Shown: positions 27,501 to 35,951 of the stretch, one piece after another
How the letters are laid out: every line of letters starts with the position of its first letter
How positions within the stretch are numbered: position 1 is the first letter of the stretch
NCBI GenBank assembly: GCA_965205485.1
Contig: OZ242180.1
Span: 409,292-473,291 of the forward strand
Length of the DNA stretch: 64,000 nt
Direction of reading: 5' to 3'
Source of the DNA: Candidatus Latescibacterota bacterium
GTDB lineage: Bacteria > Latescibacterota > UBA2968 > GCA-2709665
Notes under the pieces: generated by a model
Databases searched by the model: none
What the model was told of the DNA's origin: nothing
Seen by the model: only the letters and a program-made list of their open reading frames with translations
Made by a program: the position numbers and the translations under genes

Positions 27501-28447
27501 GTTCCGGTGTTGAGCGCCAGGAACTCCACGTCGCCGAAGAGTTCGGAATCGTACACCAGGGGGATCCGGGATGCCCGAAGCTGGGACAACCGATCCTGGA
27601 CAAGCGGAAGCAGAATGCTGTCGACGTGCAGGGTGAGGTTGTTATCAATCACGCCCATGCTGGCAGCGAGCACAGTGTGCAACTTCTCTGCCTGAGGGAC
27701 CGACTCTGCAGCCAGCCGCGGAAAGTATTCGTAGTAGAAGCCCCCGACAGCGCGGCCTTGCACCGTGAATCCCGGATCGTAGGTGATGGTGCCGGTAATC
27801 GCTCCTTCTCGCTGCAGGCCCACCGCATCAAAAAAGTACCGGTGGCTCTGGTACCGCTTCGTGTTCATGAAGTAAACCGCCGGATGCGCGGTATCCAGGT
27901 TCACCAGAACGAACTTCAGTACGGTTCCCCCGTAGAGCCCGGTTCCGAGTGCCTGAAACGCCGCGAGGTCGGGGACGGCCACAGCGCCATCGTTCGGATC
28001 CGAAATCGTGGCAGGGTTGACGGGGTTCATGCTCCCCAGGTTGTCGAGTTCGGTGACGTCGTCGATGCAGTCGCCGTCGACGTCGGCCGGGTCGGCGATC
28101 TGGTACTTCTCCACCCGGTAGCGCTCCGCGGACAAGGCCGCGAGGTTTTCCGACAGCGTGGTCGTGCCCGCCTCCCCCCGGGTCACCGCCACCGGAACCT
28201 GCAGCTCCGTGCCGTCCACGTCGAATGTCACGTAGAGTACGAAGTAGTCGTCGGTCGTAGACGTGACCACGATGGGAACCGCCGTCACTGTGATCTCCGC
28301 CGGCGTCGGGTCATAGCCGCCGCCTTCACACGGCTCCTGCAGTGTTCGAAACGAAGGGAAGAAGCTTCGCCCTTCAACGGCGACAGTGAACAGAGTTAAG
28401 GACAGCACCAAAACAGGAGGAATGGTCCGTACGCTTGTCAATGGCAT
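24515..28447 (-). CDS. Giant secreted multidomain protein: N-terminal region, PPDK_N/PEP-utilizer-like ATP-grasp domain, 25-residue poly-Pro linker, 2x fibronectin type III, cohesin-like domain, dockerin-like module, cadherin-like domain
   Basis: Start taken at MPLTSVRTIPPVLVLSLTLFTVAVEG (signal peptide); the longer ORF-track start runs into the 32-bp repeat. AFGVKAANLAVLRTLGFPEGTVRDGFAIPFYFYDEF and SLRYRSSTNNEDLPGFNGAGLYDS resemble the PPDK_N nucleotide-binding motifs. WKAPTGDGP...YDVRYR...EYEVQVRS x2 are FN3 domains. DFDGSGVVDFADFVLFSGAFG...DLDSDGRITFGDFVAFARRFG is a dockerin pair. The C-terminal DTDGDVLTYSL...FEID is cadherin-like. Confidence 0.85.
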   Translation of the reverse strand: MPLTSVRTIPPVLVLSLTLFTVAVEGRSFFPSFRTLQEPCEGGGYDPTPAEITVTAVPIVVTSTTDDYFVLYVTFDVDGTELQVPVAVTRGEAGTTTLSENLAALSAERYRVEKYQIADPADVDGDCIDDVTELDNLGSMNPVNPATISDPNDGAVAVPDLAAFQALGTGLYGGTVLKFVLVNLDTAHPAVYFMNTKRYQSHRYFFDAVGLQREGAITGTITYDPGFTVQGRAVGGFYYEYFPRLAAESVPQAEKLHTVLAASMGVIDNNLTLHVDSILLPLVQDRLSQLRASRIPLVYDSELFGDVEFLALNTGTGYGRLRILEADERPHPREIIVSETLPNELPRVAGILTAAPQTPLSHVNLRAVQDGIPNAYVKDALDHADVISLEGSYVRYEVTERQWELRAATLQEVEAHYESSRPAETQTPQRDLSITEITPLDQIGFDDWKAFGVKAANLAVLRTLGFPEGTVRDGFAIPFYFYDEFMKQTLGEETVFGMGSAPADEKLTLAADTMLVEAVEAILAHPKFRTDLDIQDEMLDDLRDAIKDAETPQWMVDALTAMHATFPAETSLRYRSSTNNEDLPGFNGAGLYDSKTQHPEETTEDGIDKSFKQVLAGLWTFRAFSEREFHRVDHLAAAMGVLVHPNFSDERVNGVAVSFDPVTSIVGRHYVNSQLGEDLVTNPEAHSVPEEIVLLPGDGLIIRALSNLVERGELLMSRDQMRQLRDHLYVIHDHFEGLYNPASGEPFAMEIEFKITSENILAIKQARPWVFGEDANEQLPPPPPPPPPPPPPPPPPPPPPPPPTPPPPPTPPLPPVSPTATGVSTTSVALQWKAPTGDGPLIRNYDVRYRKVSEGEWQDGPQDVRGTSTTIEGLDADTEYEVQVRSSGNSEHSAWTSLKPVSTLAPPPPPVEPAVTQTSPGSVTIGWAAPTNDDGEPVTGYDVRYREGSEGVWKDGPQDVTDTSAIIEGLDPDTEYEVQVRSNSASGDGDWLTLGLVRTEVLVLYDLFSLSLDLDASEKDQDLRTMRVESGRVVSIQIFGADIRGTRGVDFRVGYDTTQVVYEGFDAGDALPGVTALVAKDSTFVQIGVSSLSGGAAVDSGQVGTVRFRTTEGFRETEVRLAGADLVRGEHPEAMTRTVSVLLHAPAPLSPDFDGSGVVDFADFVLFSGAFGSAEGDEGHDARFDLDSDGRITFGDFVAFARRFGERVNRMPAFAPVQPATLAVAGGTPPGEPIGDPITASDTDGDVLTYSLWGTDAEYFEIDPGSGQLLTKGTYDFNRKRGYTVIVRSGDGKGGRANIVIRILITGNSE
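25320..25920. repeat. Tandem duplicated ~300-bp FN3-encoding modules inside the giant gene
   Basis: Two segments share long identical DNA stretches (CTGCACCTCGTATTCCGTGTC...GTCCAGACCCTC...CACGTCCTGGGG), mirrored by the paired ORF-track shadows at 25341..25628 and 25653..25916. Confidence 0.7.
25990..26110. repeat. GGN-rich microsatellite-like tract encoding a 25-residue polyproline linker (minus strand)
   Basis: GGTGG/GGAGG triplet run of ~110 bp. Confidence 0.8.
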
Positions 28448-28513
28448 GTCATTTACGTGAGATGCGACTTCAGGGAGGTTATGGATTGAACGTGACAGAC
28501 AGGTCTTGCGCAC

Positions 28514-28548
28514 GTGGGCAGACAGGAATGTCCGCCCCACCTTCACAC
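28514..28548. repeat. 32-bp hairpin repeat (copy 3 of 3), in the 5' leader ~70 nt upstream of the giant gene start on the minus strand
   Basis: GTGGGCAGACAGGAATGTCCGCCCCACCTTCACAC is identical to the 3580 copy. Confidence 0.8.
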
Positions 28549-29015
28549 CGGTCCTTCGCGGTAAGGGCGCCGTCGCTGTCCAGATCGTCGCATATTATAT
28601 ATTATTATTGTGATAATATACTAAATTATGATGACTATATAGTGAATAATGCGCTTTATTATCGTGACGTTATCGTGATTTTTCGCTGAAACAACACGGC
28701 TTCCCGGCGATGCCGGTCGGTAGACCTGCAGCAGAGGGTTGCCGTCGGTCGCTGACCGGATCGCCACGTGGTAGAATCAGGTGTACAGTGGGAGGGTATG
28801 GCGTCCGGGGAGAGTCGTGAAGCGACATTCGGGTTGCTGAACCTGACCGTCGAGTGCGAGAAAACGTGGGCGTCCGTGGGTGGGCGCTGCGTGGAATTGA
28901 TAGCAGATAGGTATTGTCGCCGGATGTGCTCCGTTTCAGCCCGGTGGGATCGCAGAGTCGTACAGAAGAAAGGCCCTGCTGACATATTCTCAGCAGAGCC
29001 CGTGGGAAGAAGCCA

Positions 29016-29178
29016 GTGTTCTGTCCCGGAAATAAGTTGCCAAAATTCGACCGCCGAGTCGCCCGGCTCGCAAGGCGACCGAGCGCAGGCGACCTGCGTA
29101 TGGTCGGCGAGCGAGGTGAACGTAGCGAGACGGGATGAATCGCCGGTCGAATGGTGAGGAATTTTTGGGACAGGACAC
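29016..29178. mobile_element. MITE-like element, family 2 (TIR GTGTTCTGTCCCGGAAATA), copy 1, ~163 bp
   Basis: GTGTTCTGTCCCGGAAATAAGTTGCCAAAATTCGACCGCCGAGTCGCCCGGCTCGCAAGGCG...GGGATGAATCGCCGG...TTTTTGGGACAGGACAC. The termini are inverted repeats. Homologous copies lie at 52822..52983 (reverse) and 61703..61863. Confidence 0.75.
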
Positions 29179-29271
29179 TATGTCCGAAAGCAGGGTCACG
29201 GTGTTACGGCACACCCCGTTTCGCACCAGTACCTTCTGTGTCTCGTGTGCTTTTTGCGGCCGATTTAACGG

Positions 29272-31491
29272 CTATCTTTCTTCGAATTGAGGTTGATTCC
29301 TGTCTCGTGACTCCTCACCCGCGCCGGCCCGGATGCGTTGGGGCAGCGAGGTGTACCGGTCGGCAACGCGGTTGTTCTTGATGGCGATGGCCATGGCTTT
29401 GCGCGTGCCGACGATGACGACGAGGTTCTTCGCCCTGGTGACTGCGGTATAGAGCAGGTTTCTCTGCAGCATCATGTAGTGCTGGGTGGTCAGGGGCAGC
29501 ACCACAACCGGATACTCCGATCCCTGGCTCTTGTGGACGCTCGTGGCATAGGCCAGCACGATCTCGTCCAGCTCCGTGAAGTCGTAACCGACGGTGCGCT
29601 CGGGATACCTCACCGCGAGCGCGTGGTTCGTCATATCGATCGCCGCCACCCGCCCGATATCCCCGTTGAACACGTCCTTGTCGTAGTTGTTGCGCACCTG
29701 CATCACCTTGTCTCCCACCCGGAAGCGAACGCCCCCGCGAAGGAGTTCCTGCCCGCCCGGATTGAGCCGCTCCTGCAGCACCTCATTCAGATTGATCGCG
29801 CCCGTCTCGCCCCGGTACATGGGCGCCAGGACCTGGATATCGTCAATCGCGTCAACCCCGTATGCGCGGGGCAGCCTGTTCCGGCAGAGACCGCAGACCG
29901 TGTCCACCACCTCCTCCGGGTCGTCCACCTCCGAAAAGAAGAAATCCGATTTCCTGCTGTTGTCCACCTCCGGAATTTCACCGGCCAGGATGCTGTGCGC
30001 GTTCGTCACGATCCGGCTCTCCCGCGCCTGCCGGAAGATTTCGTTGAGCGCCACCGTTTCGGCCCTTCCGGATCCGATGATATCTTTCAGGATGTTGCCG
30101 GGCCCCACCGAAGGCAACTGGTCCACGTCGCCGACAAGAACAACGGAAGCATTCAGCGGCACCGCCTGCAGCAGGCTGTTCATCAGGCCCACGTCCATCA
30201 TCGAGACCTCGTCAACGATGACCGCGCCCGCGGAAAGCTGATTCTCGAAGTTCTTCTCGAATCGATTCTCTCCGGGACTGAACTTCAGCAGCCTGTGGAT
30301 GGTACTGGCTTCCCGCCCCGTGGCCTCGGCCATGCGTTTCGCCGCCCTTCCCGTTGGCGCCGCCAGCGCAACCTCCTTGCCCCGCGCCTCGAAGAGGGCG
30401 ATCAATCCCCTGATGGTCGTCGTCTTGCCCGTGCCCGGTCCACCCGTAAGCACCAGCAGGCTGTTGGCGAGGGCCTTCTCAAGGGCGACCTTCTGCCGCG
30501 CGGCAAAACGGACGCCGTTCCTTTTCTCGATGGCCGCTATCTCCCGGCCGATATCGCCGGTTTCGATCCGCTCGATGCTGGAAAACTGATGCACCCGCGT
30601 CGCAACGCCCTTTTCGGCAAAGTAGAGCGGCGGAACGTAGATGCGGTCCTCCTCCACGACGACTTCCTCGGCTACCTGTAACCCGTCGATGCACGGGGCG
30701 ATCAGATCCGGCGATACGTCCAGCGTCTCGGCGCAGACCGTCGACAGTTCCTCCCTTGGCAGGTACACGTGCCCTTCTTTTTCCGCGGCCGTATCCAGCA
30801 CGTATCTGATTCCTGCCATGATCCGTTGATCGGAGTGGGTCTCAACGCCCATTTTCTGCGCGATCCGGTCGGCGCTCGTGAACCCGATTCCCCACACGTC
30901 GGCCGACAACCGGTACGGATTCTCCTGGATCAGCCGGATTGCGTCCTGGCCGTATCGTTTCCAGATCTTTACGGCATGCCCCGTGCCCACGTCGTGCGAC
31001 TGCAGGAACACCATCACATTGTGAATTTCGCGCTGTTCCTTCCAGGCATCCTCGATCATCCCCGCGCGCTTCCTGCCCAGCCCTTCCACCTCGATCAGCC
31101 GCTTCGATGCCTTCTCGATCACCTCCAGGGTCTTCGCGCCGAAATGGTCCACGATCCGTCCGGCCATGACCGGTCCGATCCCCTTGATCAGGCCGGAGCC
31201 CAGGTACTTCCTCATCCCCTCGACCGTCGACGGATGTACCTTTTCGTAGGAATCGATCTTGAACTGACGGCCGAACTTCGCGTGGGTCGTCCATTCGCCT
31301 TTCACGGCCACACACTCGCCCGCTGTCAGCGAGAGCGTATTGCCAACCACGGTCACCGGCTCCCCCCGGCCTTCGGGCTGGAATCGGGCAACCGTGTATC
31401 CGCTCTCCTCATTCTGAAACGTGATCCGCTCCACGACACCGTGGATCCGTTCCATGGTTTGAACCCCCGAATCCTCAATAGGAGATTTCAC
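29272..31491 (-). CDS. recD2: ATP-dependent RecD-like DNA helicase (RecD2 / SF1B family)
   Basis: N-terminal HhH/OB region, Walker A LTGGPGTGKTT, DEVSMMD (motif II), and C-terminal SH3/helicase motifs (ATSVHKSQGSEYP; TAVTRAK). 739 aa. Confidence 0.9.
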   Translation of the reverse strand: MKSPIEDSGVQTMERIHGVVERITFQNEESGYTVARFQPEGRGEPVTVVGNTLSLTAGECVAVKGEWTTHAKFGRQFKIDSYEKVHPSTVEGMRKYLGSGLIKGIGPVMAGRIVDHFGAKTLEVIEKASKRLIEVEGLGRKRAGMIEDAWKEQREIHNVMVFLQSHDVGTGHAVKIWKRYGQDAIRLIQENPYRLSADVWGIGFTSADRIAQKMGVETHSDQRIMAGIRYVLDTAAEKEGHVYLPREELSTVCAETLDVSPDLIAPCIDGLQVAEEVVVEEDRIYVPPLYFAEKGVATRVHQFSSIERIETGDIGREIAAIEKRNGVRFAARQKVALEKALANSLLVLTGGPGTGKTTTIRGLIALFEARGKEVALAAPTGRAAKRMAEATGREASTIHRLLKFSPGENRFEKNFENQLSAGAVIVDEVSMMDVGLMNSLLQAVPLNASVVLVGDVDQLPSVGPGNILKDIIGSGRAETVALNEIFRQARESRIVTNAHSILAGEIPEVDNSRKSDFFFSEVDDPEEVVDTVCGLCRNRLPRAYGVDAIDDIQVLAPMYRGETGAINLNEVLQERLNPGGQELLRGGVRFRVGDKVMQVRNNYDKDVFNGDIGRVAAIDMTNHALAVRYPERTVGYDFTELDEIVLAYATSVHKSQGSEYPVVVLPLTTQHYMMLQRNLLYTAVTRAKNLVVIVGTRKAMAIAIKNNRVADRYTSLPQRIRAGAGEESRDRNQPQFEER

Positions 31492-32651
31492 GCCCTGTAG
31501 ACGACCTCACCCCGGACAATCGTCGCCTCGACGGACAGGGCGCGCTGCCCCTCCGTCCAACGGAACAACGTGAGGCTGGCCTCCATCCCGGTCGACACGC
31601 TTCCCAGCCGGTCATCCACGCCCAGCAACCGCGCCGGGTTGGCGGATGCCATCTCCACCGCGTCTGCCAGCGCGGCGTCCGTGTACGCCACCGTATTGGG
31701 AATCCCGTAATCCAGAAACAGCGACGCCCCGGCCAGATACGGCGTGCCCGCCAGGGAAATCTTCCCGTTCTCGTGAATCTCCACCTCGTCGGTCCCGTAG
31801 CTCCGGCCGTAAATGCCCGGCGGGAGCCCGGCGATGGACGACACGTCGCTAACCAGGCAGATGCGCTCTTTCTGCTTGGCTCTGCAAAAACTCTTCACTA
31901 CCGGCGGCGGCAGATGGTGCCCGTCAGGAATGATCCCCGCCCAGAGTTCGTCCGCGGCTAGCTGCTCCCAGATATAGTTGTCGTGGCGGGGAATCTCGGC
32001 GTGGGCACCGTTGCCCAGGTGCGTGGACATCCGCGCTCCGGCCGCCACCGCCTCCCGGATCCTGGCCCGGCTGGCGCCCGTATGCCCCAGGGCCACGATG
32101 ACACCGGCCTCCGCGGCCTTCTCGATAAAGGCCAGCGAACCCTCCCGTTCGGGCGCGAGGGTCAGAATCCTGATCCGGCCCTCCGCCGCATCCTGGTAGC
32201 GGCAGAACTCGTCCCAGTCCGGGTCCCGCGTATGCTCCAGGGGATGCGCCCCCCTCGGACCGTCTTCGGAGGCGATGTACGGCCCCTCCACGTGGAAACC
32301 CACAAACGATGCATTCGCTGCAGCCGACTGTTCGCACGCCCGGGCCAGCGTCCGCAGTCCCGCAATCGCCTGCTCCGCCGGGGAGGTTGTGACCGTGGGA
32401 CAGAACATCGCCGTTCCGGCCCGGTACGGCCACTCGCTGGCCTGAAGCACGCGCTCCACCGTCAGGTCTCCGGAGCTGTAGTTGATCCCGCCCGCTCCAT
32501 TGACCTGAACGTCGAATATCCCGGGCGAAATCCACACCTCGTCGCCTCCGACCGCCGCGGGTGCCCCTTCTTCGATGCCAGCGATCCGGCCGTCTTCAAT
32601 CGATACCGACACGGGGATTTCCGTGCCCACAATCGTTCCGCGAAGAACCAT
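31488..32651 (-). CDS. nagA: N-acetylglucosamine-6-phosphate deacetylase
   Basis: Amidohydrolase metal ligands in NagA arrangement (GIFDVQVNGAGG...; FHVEGPY; ALGHTGAS; STHLGNG; ...DGHH). 387 aa. Overlaps the recD2 start by 4 nt. Confidence 0.8.
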   Translation of the reverse strand: MVLRGTIVGTEIPVSVSIEDGRIAGIEEGAPAAVGGDEVWISPGIFDVQVNGAGGINYSSGDLTVERVLQASEWPYRAGTAMFCPTVTTSPAEQAIAGLRTLARACEQSAAANASFVGFHVEGPYIASEDGPRGAHPLEHTRDPDWDEFCRYQDAAEGRIRILTLAPEREGSLAFIEKAAEAGVIVALGHTGASRARIREAVAAGARMSTHLGNGAHAEIPRHDNYIWEQLAADELWAGIIPDGHHLPPPVVKSFCRAKQKERICLVSDVSSIAGLPPGIYGRSYGTDEVEIHENGKISLAGTPYLAGASLFLDYGIPNTVAYTDAALADAVEMASANPARLLGVDDRLGSVSTGMEASLTLFRWTEGQRALSVEATIVRGEVVYRA

Positions 32652-33248
32652 TGTTTCTCCTTTTATTTACTGTGCAATAAAGCGGTGAAATACTCTCACT
32701 TCTACTGTCCCACCTCTTCCGGCTCTTTGAAATTGCGTTCCGGGCCGACACATGCTCCTGCTTTTCCTTCCGCCCTTATTCTTCTTTGACCTTCATCCTA
32801 TTCGCTTATACGGACCGATCAGATTGGCAACACATGCTCGGGCATCCGGAGGTCTTTTCTTTCTTTCTTATTGATTTTTATTATTTTATGCCCTTTTTCT
32901 TTTTCGCCAAAGAAAAAGGGCCAAAAAGAACGGCGCCGCTCGGCGCGGGGCCGGTTTTTCCGTGAATCCCCTCAGAGGCGCAAATGGGCATTTGATGGCC
33001 TTAGGGCGCCTCGGGCGTGCCCATACATCGGCGATGGACGGATCAACACGGAAAAACCCCCAACTCCACCTCCGGACGGTCATGCGTTTTCCTGGCAAGG
33101 ATCCCCGTTTGGATTCGCATATGAACCGCTCTCGGACGACTGATTTTCTTCGCGCCTTCGTGTCTCCGTGTGAGCCCGGTTTTCTTGCATTTCCCCCGTT
33201 CCTTTAGGAGAGGTTGCCGGGGAGAGAAGTCCCGCGCTGTGTTGCCTC

Positions 33249-33278
33249 TGTAGGGGCGACCGGCCGGTCGCCCCTACA
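33249..33278. promoter_or_regulatory. 30-bp perfect palindrome TGTAGGGGCGACCGG|CCGGTCGCCCCTACA, a candidate operator or hairpin in a 1.18-kb divergent intergenic region
   Basis: The 15-bp half-sites are exact reverse complements. Confidence 0.5.
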
Positions 33279-33548
33279 AACACATACCAATCGCTGCTTG
33301 CACTCAGAATCGCCCGACGGCTGTCTATCCCGGCACCCGACAAAAGCGCTACCAAAGCAGAGCGCGCGGTTCCGTTCAGCGCTGGAGACTGGACGACCTC
33401 CGTAGTCAGCAGGACAGAGGATCGGGTGCATCCCGTGAGGGTATTCGCGCTATGCATTTGGCAGGCCCCGCGCCCAGCGGCGACTTTTGGTTCCTTTTGG
33501 TCGTTTCAAAAGGAACACGCCGTAGGCAGGGAATTTGGGGAAAGGGGT

Positions 33549-33645
33549 TTTGATCTGGGTTTTCGACTTTTGCTTTCGTTTTTGATCTGGGGTTTAAGCT
33601 GATGGCTGATAGCTGCTTTTTCTGACGGCTGATAGCTGATAGCTC
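33549..33645. repeat. Cluster of short direct repeats (TTTGATCTGGGKTTT x2; GCTGATAGCT x3-4), 70-170 bp upstream of the promoter at 33718
   Basis: TTTGATCTGGGTTTT at ~33549 and TTTGATCTGGGGTTT at ~33581, then GCTGATGGCTGATAGCTGCTTTTTCTGACGGCTGATAGCTGATAGCT. Confidence 0.6.
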
Positions 33646-33717
33646 TGTGTGAGGTGTGCGGGGGGTGACGCCGCCTAACGATAACACCCGCGCAACCGTT
33701 CCGCAATATGTTTTGTC

Positions 33718-33746
33718 TTGACATCCCCTGGGGAATTTGGTATACT
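33718..33746 (+). promoter_or_regulatory. Strong sigma70-like promoter (TTGACA - 17 nt - TATACT) for the IMPase-like / LbH / GHMP-kinase operon
   Basis: TTGACAtcccctggggaatttggTATACT: consensus -35, a 17-nt spacer and a 5/6 -10. About 88 nt upstream of the ATG at 33834. Confidence 0.6.
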
Positions 33747-33833
33747 CATTGACTGTTCGATCCAGGCTTGAGAACAGTCGCATTAGTCCCGTAAAAACAT
33801 AAATTTAAACACTTTACGTCGAAGGGTTCATGA

Positions 33834-34781
33834 ATGGGTGACGATCAGGTTTTCGAAAATAGAATCAACAACTTCAGTAGAACCGATAATGTAGACGAAC
33901 ACACGTCGCTCGCCCTGGCCATCGTGGCCGAGACCCTGGATATTCTGCACGATTTACAGGGCGATGCAAGCGGATCCATGGTCATCCGCACCCGCGAGGG
34001 CGACTACAAGGATTGGGACGCGGAGATTTTCGGAGTGGACGAAGCCGCGGAAGGCGCATATATCGGCAGGCTTAACGAGAGCACGCATCCGGTCGTGCTG
34101 CTTTCCGAGGAAGCCGGGATGGTGGACCTCACCGGCGGCAAGGAAGGCGAAAAGATCTATGGCGTTTCAGATCCGTTCGACGGGAGCTGGCTGTACAAGA
34201 GAGGGCTGCCGTTCATGCAATACAGTTCCCTGGCGCTTTTCGACGCCAGCTTCAATCACCTGACGTCCGTAACCGGCGACGTCTTCAACAGAGACCTTGC
34301 CTTCGCCAACGGAAACGGCGCCTTCATGGCCAGGCTGGACGGAAACGCGTTGACCGGCGTTGAGCGGCTCGACGAAAGCTATCGCAGGGAACGGCACGGA
34401 GAGCCCGCATCCGGCCTGGATGACGCCTGTGTCGAATCGTACCTTCTGAAGCCGGCCAAATTCCTCATGCCGCTCATCGACGAATACAGGCCGGTCATCG
34501 ATGCCTTCAAAATGCTCCATCCCAACGGCGGCCCGTATGCTTTTGCAGAGGCGGCTGCCGGGCAGATCGACGTCTATTTTGCCAGGCAGCAACCCTACGT
34601 CGACGTCTTCTCCGGGATCGCCATCGCTGAACAGGCCGGTCTGATCGTCTCCGATTTCGACGGAAACGAAGTCGAGACGCCCACGGAAGACTACGAGACC
34701 GTTTTCGACGTCCTGGTGAGCCGGACGCAGGCCCTGCACGATCAAACCCTCGAGAAAATCGCGGAATGCAGAAAGGAATGA
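33834..34781 (+). CDS. Inositol-monophosphatase/FBPase-family (IMPase-like) phosphatase
   Basis: VLLSEEAG...VSDPFDGSWLY (the DPxDGS metal-binding motif) and a C-terminal WDxAAG-like region (FAEAAAGQIDVYF). 315 aa. Confidence 0.65.
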   Translation: MGDDQVFENRINNFSRTDNVDEHTSLALAIVAETLDILHDLQGDASGSMVIRTREGDYKDWDAEIFGVDEAAEGAYIGRLNESTHPVVLLSEEAGMVDLTGGKEGEKIYGVSDPFDGSWLYKRGLPFMQYSSLALFDASFNHLTSVTGDVFNRDLAFANGNGAFMARLDGNALTGVERLDESYRRERHGEPASGLDDACVESYLLKPAKFLMPLIDEYRPVIDAFKMLHPNGGPYAFAEAAAGQIDVYFARQQPYVDVFSGIAIAEQAGLIVSDFDGNEVETPTEDYETVFDVLVSRTQALHDQTLEKIAECRKE

Positions 34782-34784
34782 GCA

Positions 34785-35756
34785 ATGGCCATTAACGGAA
34801 CCGGCACGAAGGACAATCCGGTCATCGTTACCGAACTGGCGGCTGACGAGGTCCCGGCTGAATTGAGACCGTCCAACTTTTTCGACCTGGACAAGTACCC
34901 GTTCGAGCACCGCTCGCTGGTCGACGGCGCCCGGTCGGTTGTGGACCTCATCGGCAAGGACGGCATCGAAAAATACGCCAGGGAGTGGCTGGCCGAAAAA
35001 ATCGGTTCGGCCGAGGGCGCGGAAGAACGCACCGGTCTGACGGGCGTCGGGAACTACACGGTGCTGGTCGAGCCCGGGGGCGTCTGCGAACCGCTCTTCG
35101 TACACGGTTCCCTTAATGGCGCAGGTCATACGCTCTACGTCGCGAAAGACGCAAAGGTGGTCGGGGCCGTGATCTACCTGGACGGCGGGGACATCTACGT
35201 CGGCTCCGGCGCCGTAATCGAGCCGACGGCCGGCGTCAAAGGCCCTACGATTATCGGCCCGAATAACGATATCCGGCAAGGCGCCTATCTTCGGGGCAAC
35301 ATCGTTCTGGGCGGCCACAGGAAACACGGTGACAACGCCATCCGCGGCGAACTCAAGAACGTCCTCATGCTGGACGAGGCCAATTTCCCCCATCCCTCGT
35401 ATCTCGGCGACAGCCTCTGCGGGTACGCCACCCACTTCGGCAACCAGGCCACGGCCGCGAACCTGGGCATTATCCAGGGCGTTCGGGAACGCGACAAGCG
35501 CGTCAATCTGAAGGTCGAAATCAACGACAAGTGGTACGACCTGGGCGGATCCAAAATGGGCGTCGTTCTCGGCGACAGGACGCAACTGGCCTGCGAGTCC
35601 CTCACGGACCCCGGAACACTGCTGGGGCCGATGTGCATCTCCTACGGCCTCGCTTACGTCAAGGCCGGCTATTATCCGGCAGGCACGATGTTCAAGACCC
35701 GGTCCGAGCGGGTCGTGGATACGCAGAAAGGCATCTTCGATCCGGACAAGTTGTAA
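34785..35756 (+). CDS. Left-handed beta-helix (hexapeptide-repeat) protein, acyl/nucleotidyl-transferase-like
   Basis: Repeated [LIV]-G-x-x-x-x hexapeptides (VGSGAVIEPTAGVKGPTIIGPNNDIRQGAYLRGNIVLGG...). Starts 4 nt after the upstream stop. Confidence 0.55.
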   Translation: MAINGTGTKDNPVIVTELAADEVPAELRPSNFFDLDKYPFEHRSLVDGARSVVDLIGKDGIEKYAREWLAEKIGSAEGAEERTGLTGVGNYTVLVEPGGVCEPLFVHGSLNGAGHTLYVAKDAKVVGAVIYLDGGDIYVGSGAVIEPTAGVKGPTIIGPNNDIRQGAYLRGNIVLGGHRKHGDNAIRGELKNVLMLDEANFPHPSYLGDSLCGYATHFGNQATAANLGIIQGVRERDKRVNLKVEINDKWYDLGGSKMGVVLGDRTQLACESLTDPGTLLGPMCISYGLAYVKAGYYPAGTMFKTRSERVVDTQKGIFDPDKL

Positions 35757-35775
35757 CTCGCCTTCCCGCTACGAA

Positions 35776-35826
35776 AAAGAACGACAACGCTTCTCGAATC
35801 CATTGGAGGCGTTGTCTTTTTCTTTT
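35776..35826 (+). terminator. Rho-independent terminator after the LbH gene
   Basis: GACAACGC-ttctcgaatccattggag-GCGTTGTC followed by TTTTTCTTTT. Confidence 0.55.
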
Positions 35827-35951
35827 AGAGTTCCCCTTGCGTCGTTTCGATATGTTCAGCTGCAGCCCGACGGGCGGAAGTGAACGCCAGTACACACTTG
35901 ATGAGCCGAATGAGGCCGCGTCCCGACGTGCAATTGCGGAAGGATAACAGG

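Noticed and set aside
28990-29226. Small ORFs 28990..29226 (-), 52770..53258 (+) and 61544..61759 (-) sharing the peptide …AGRLGGRIxAxYF(R/Q)DRTLA…
   Set aside because: These are the same MITE family 2 sequence read through in one frame. Conservation is at the DNA level, including the TIRs, with no start or RBS context, so they are not protein-coding.
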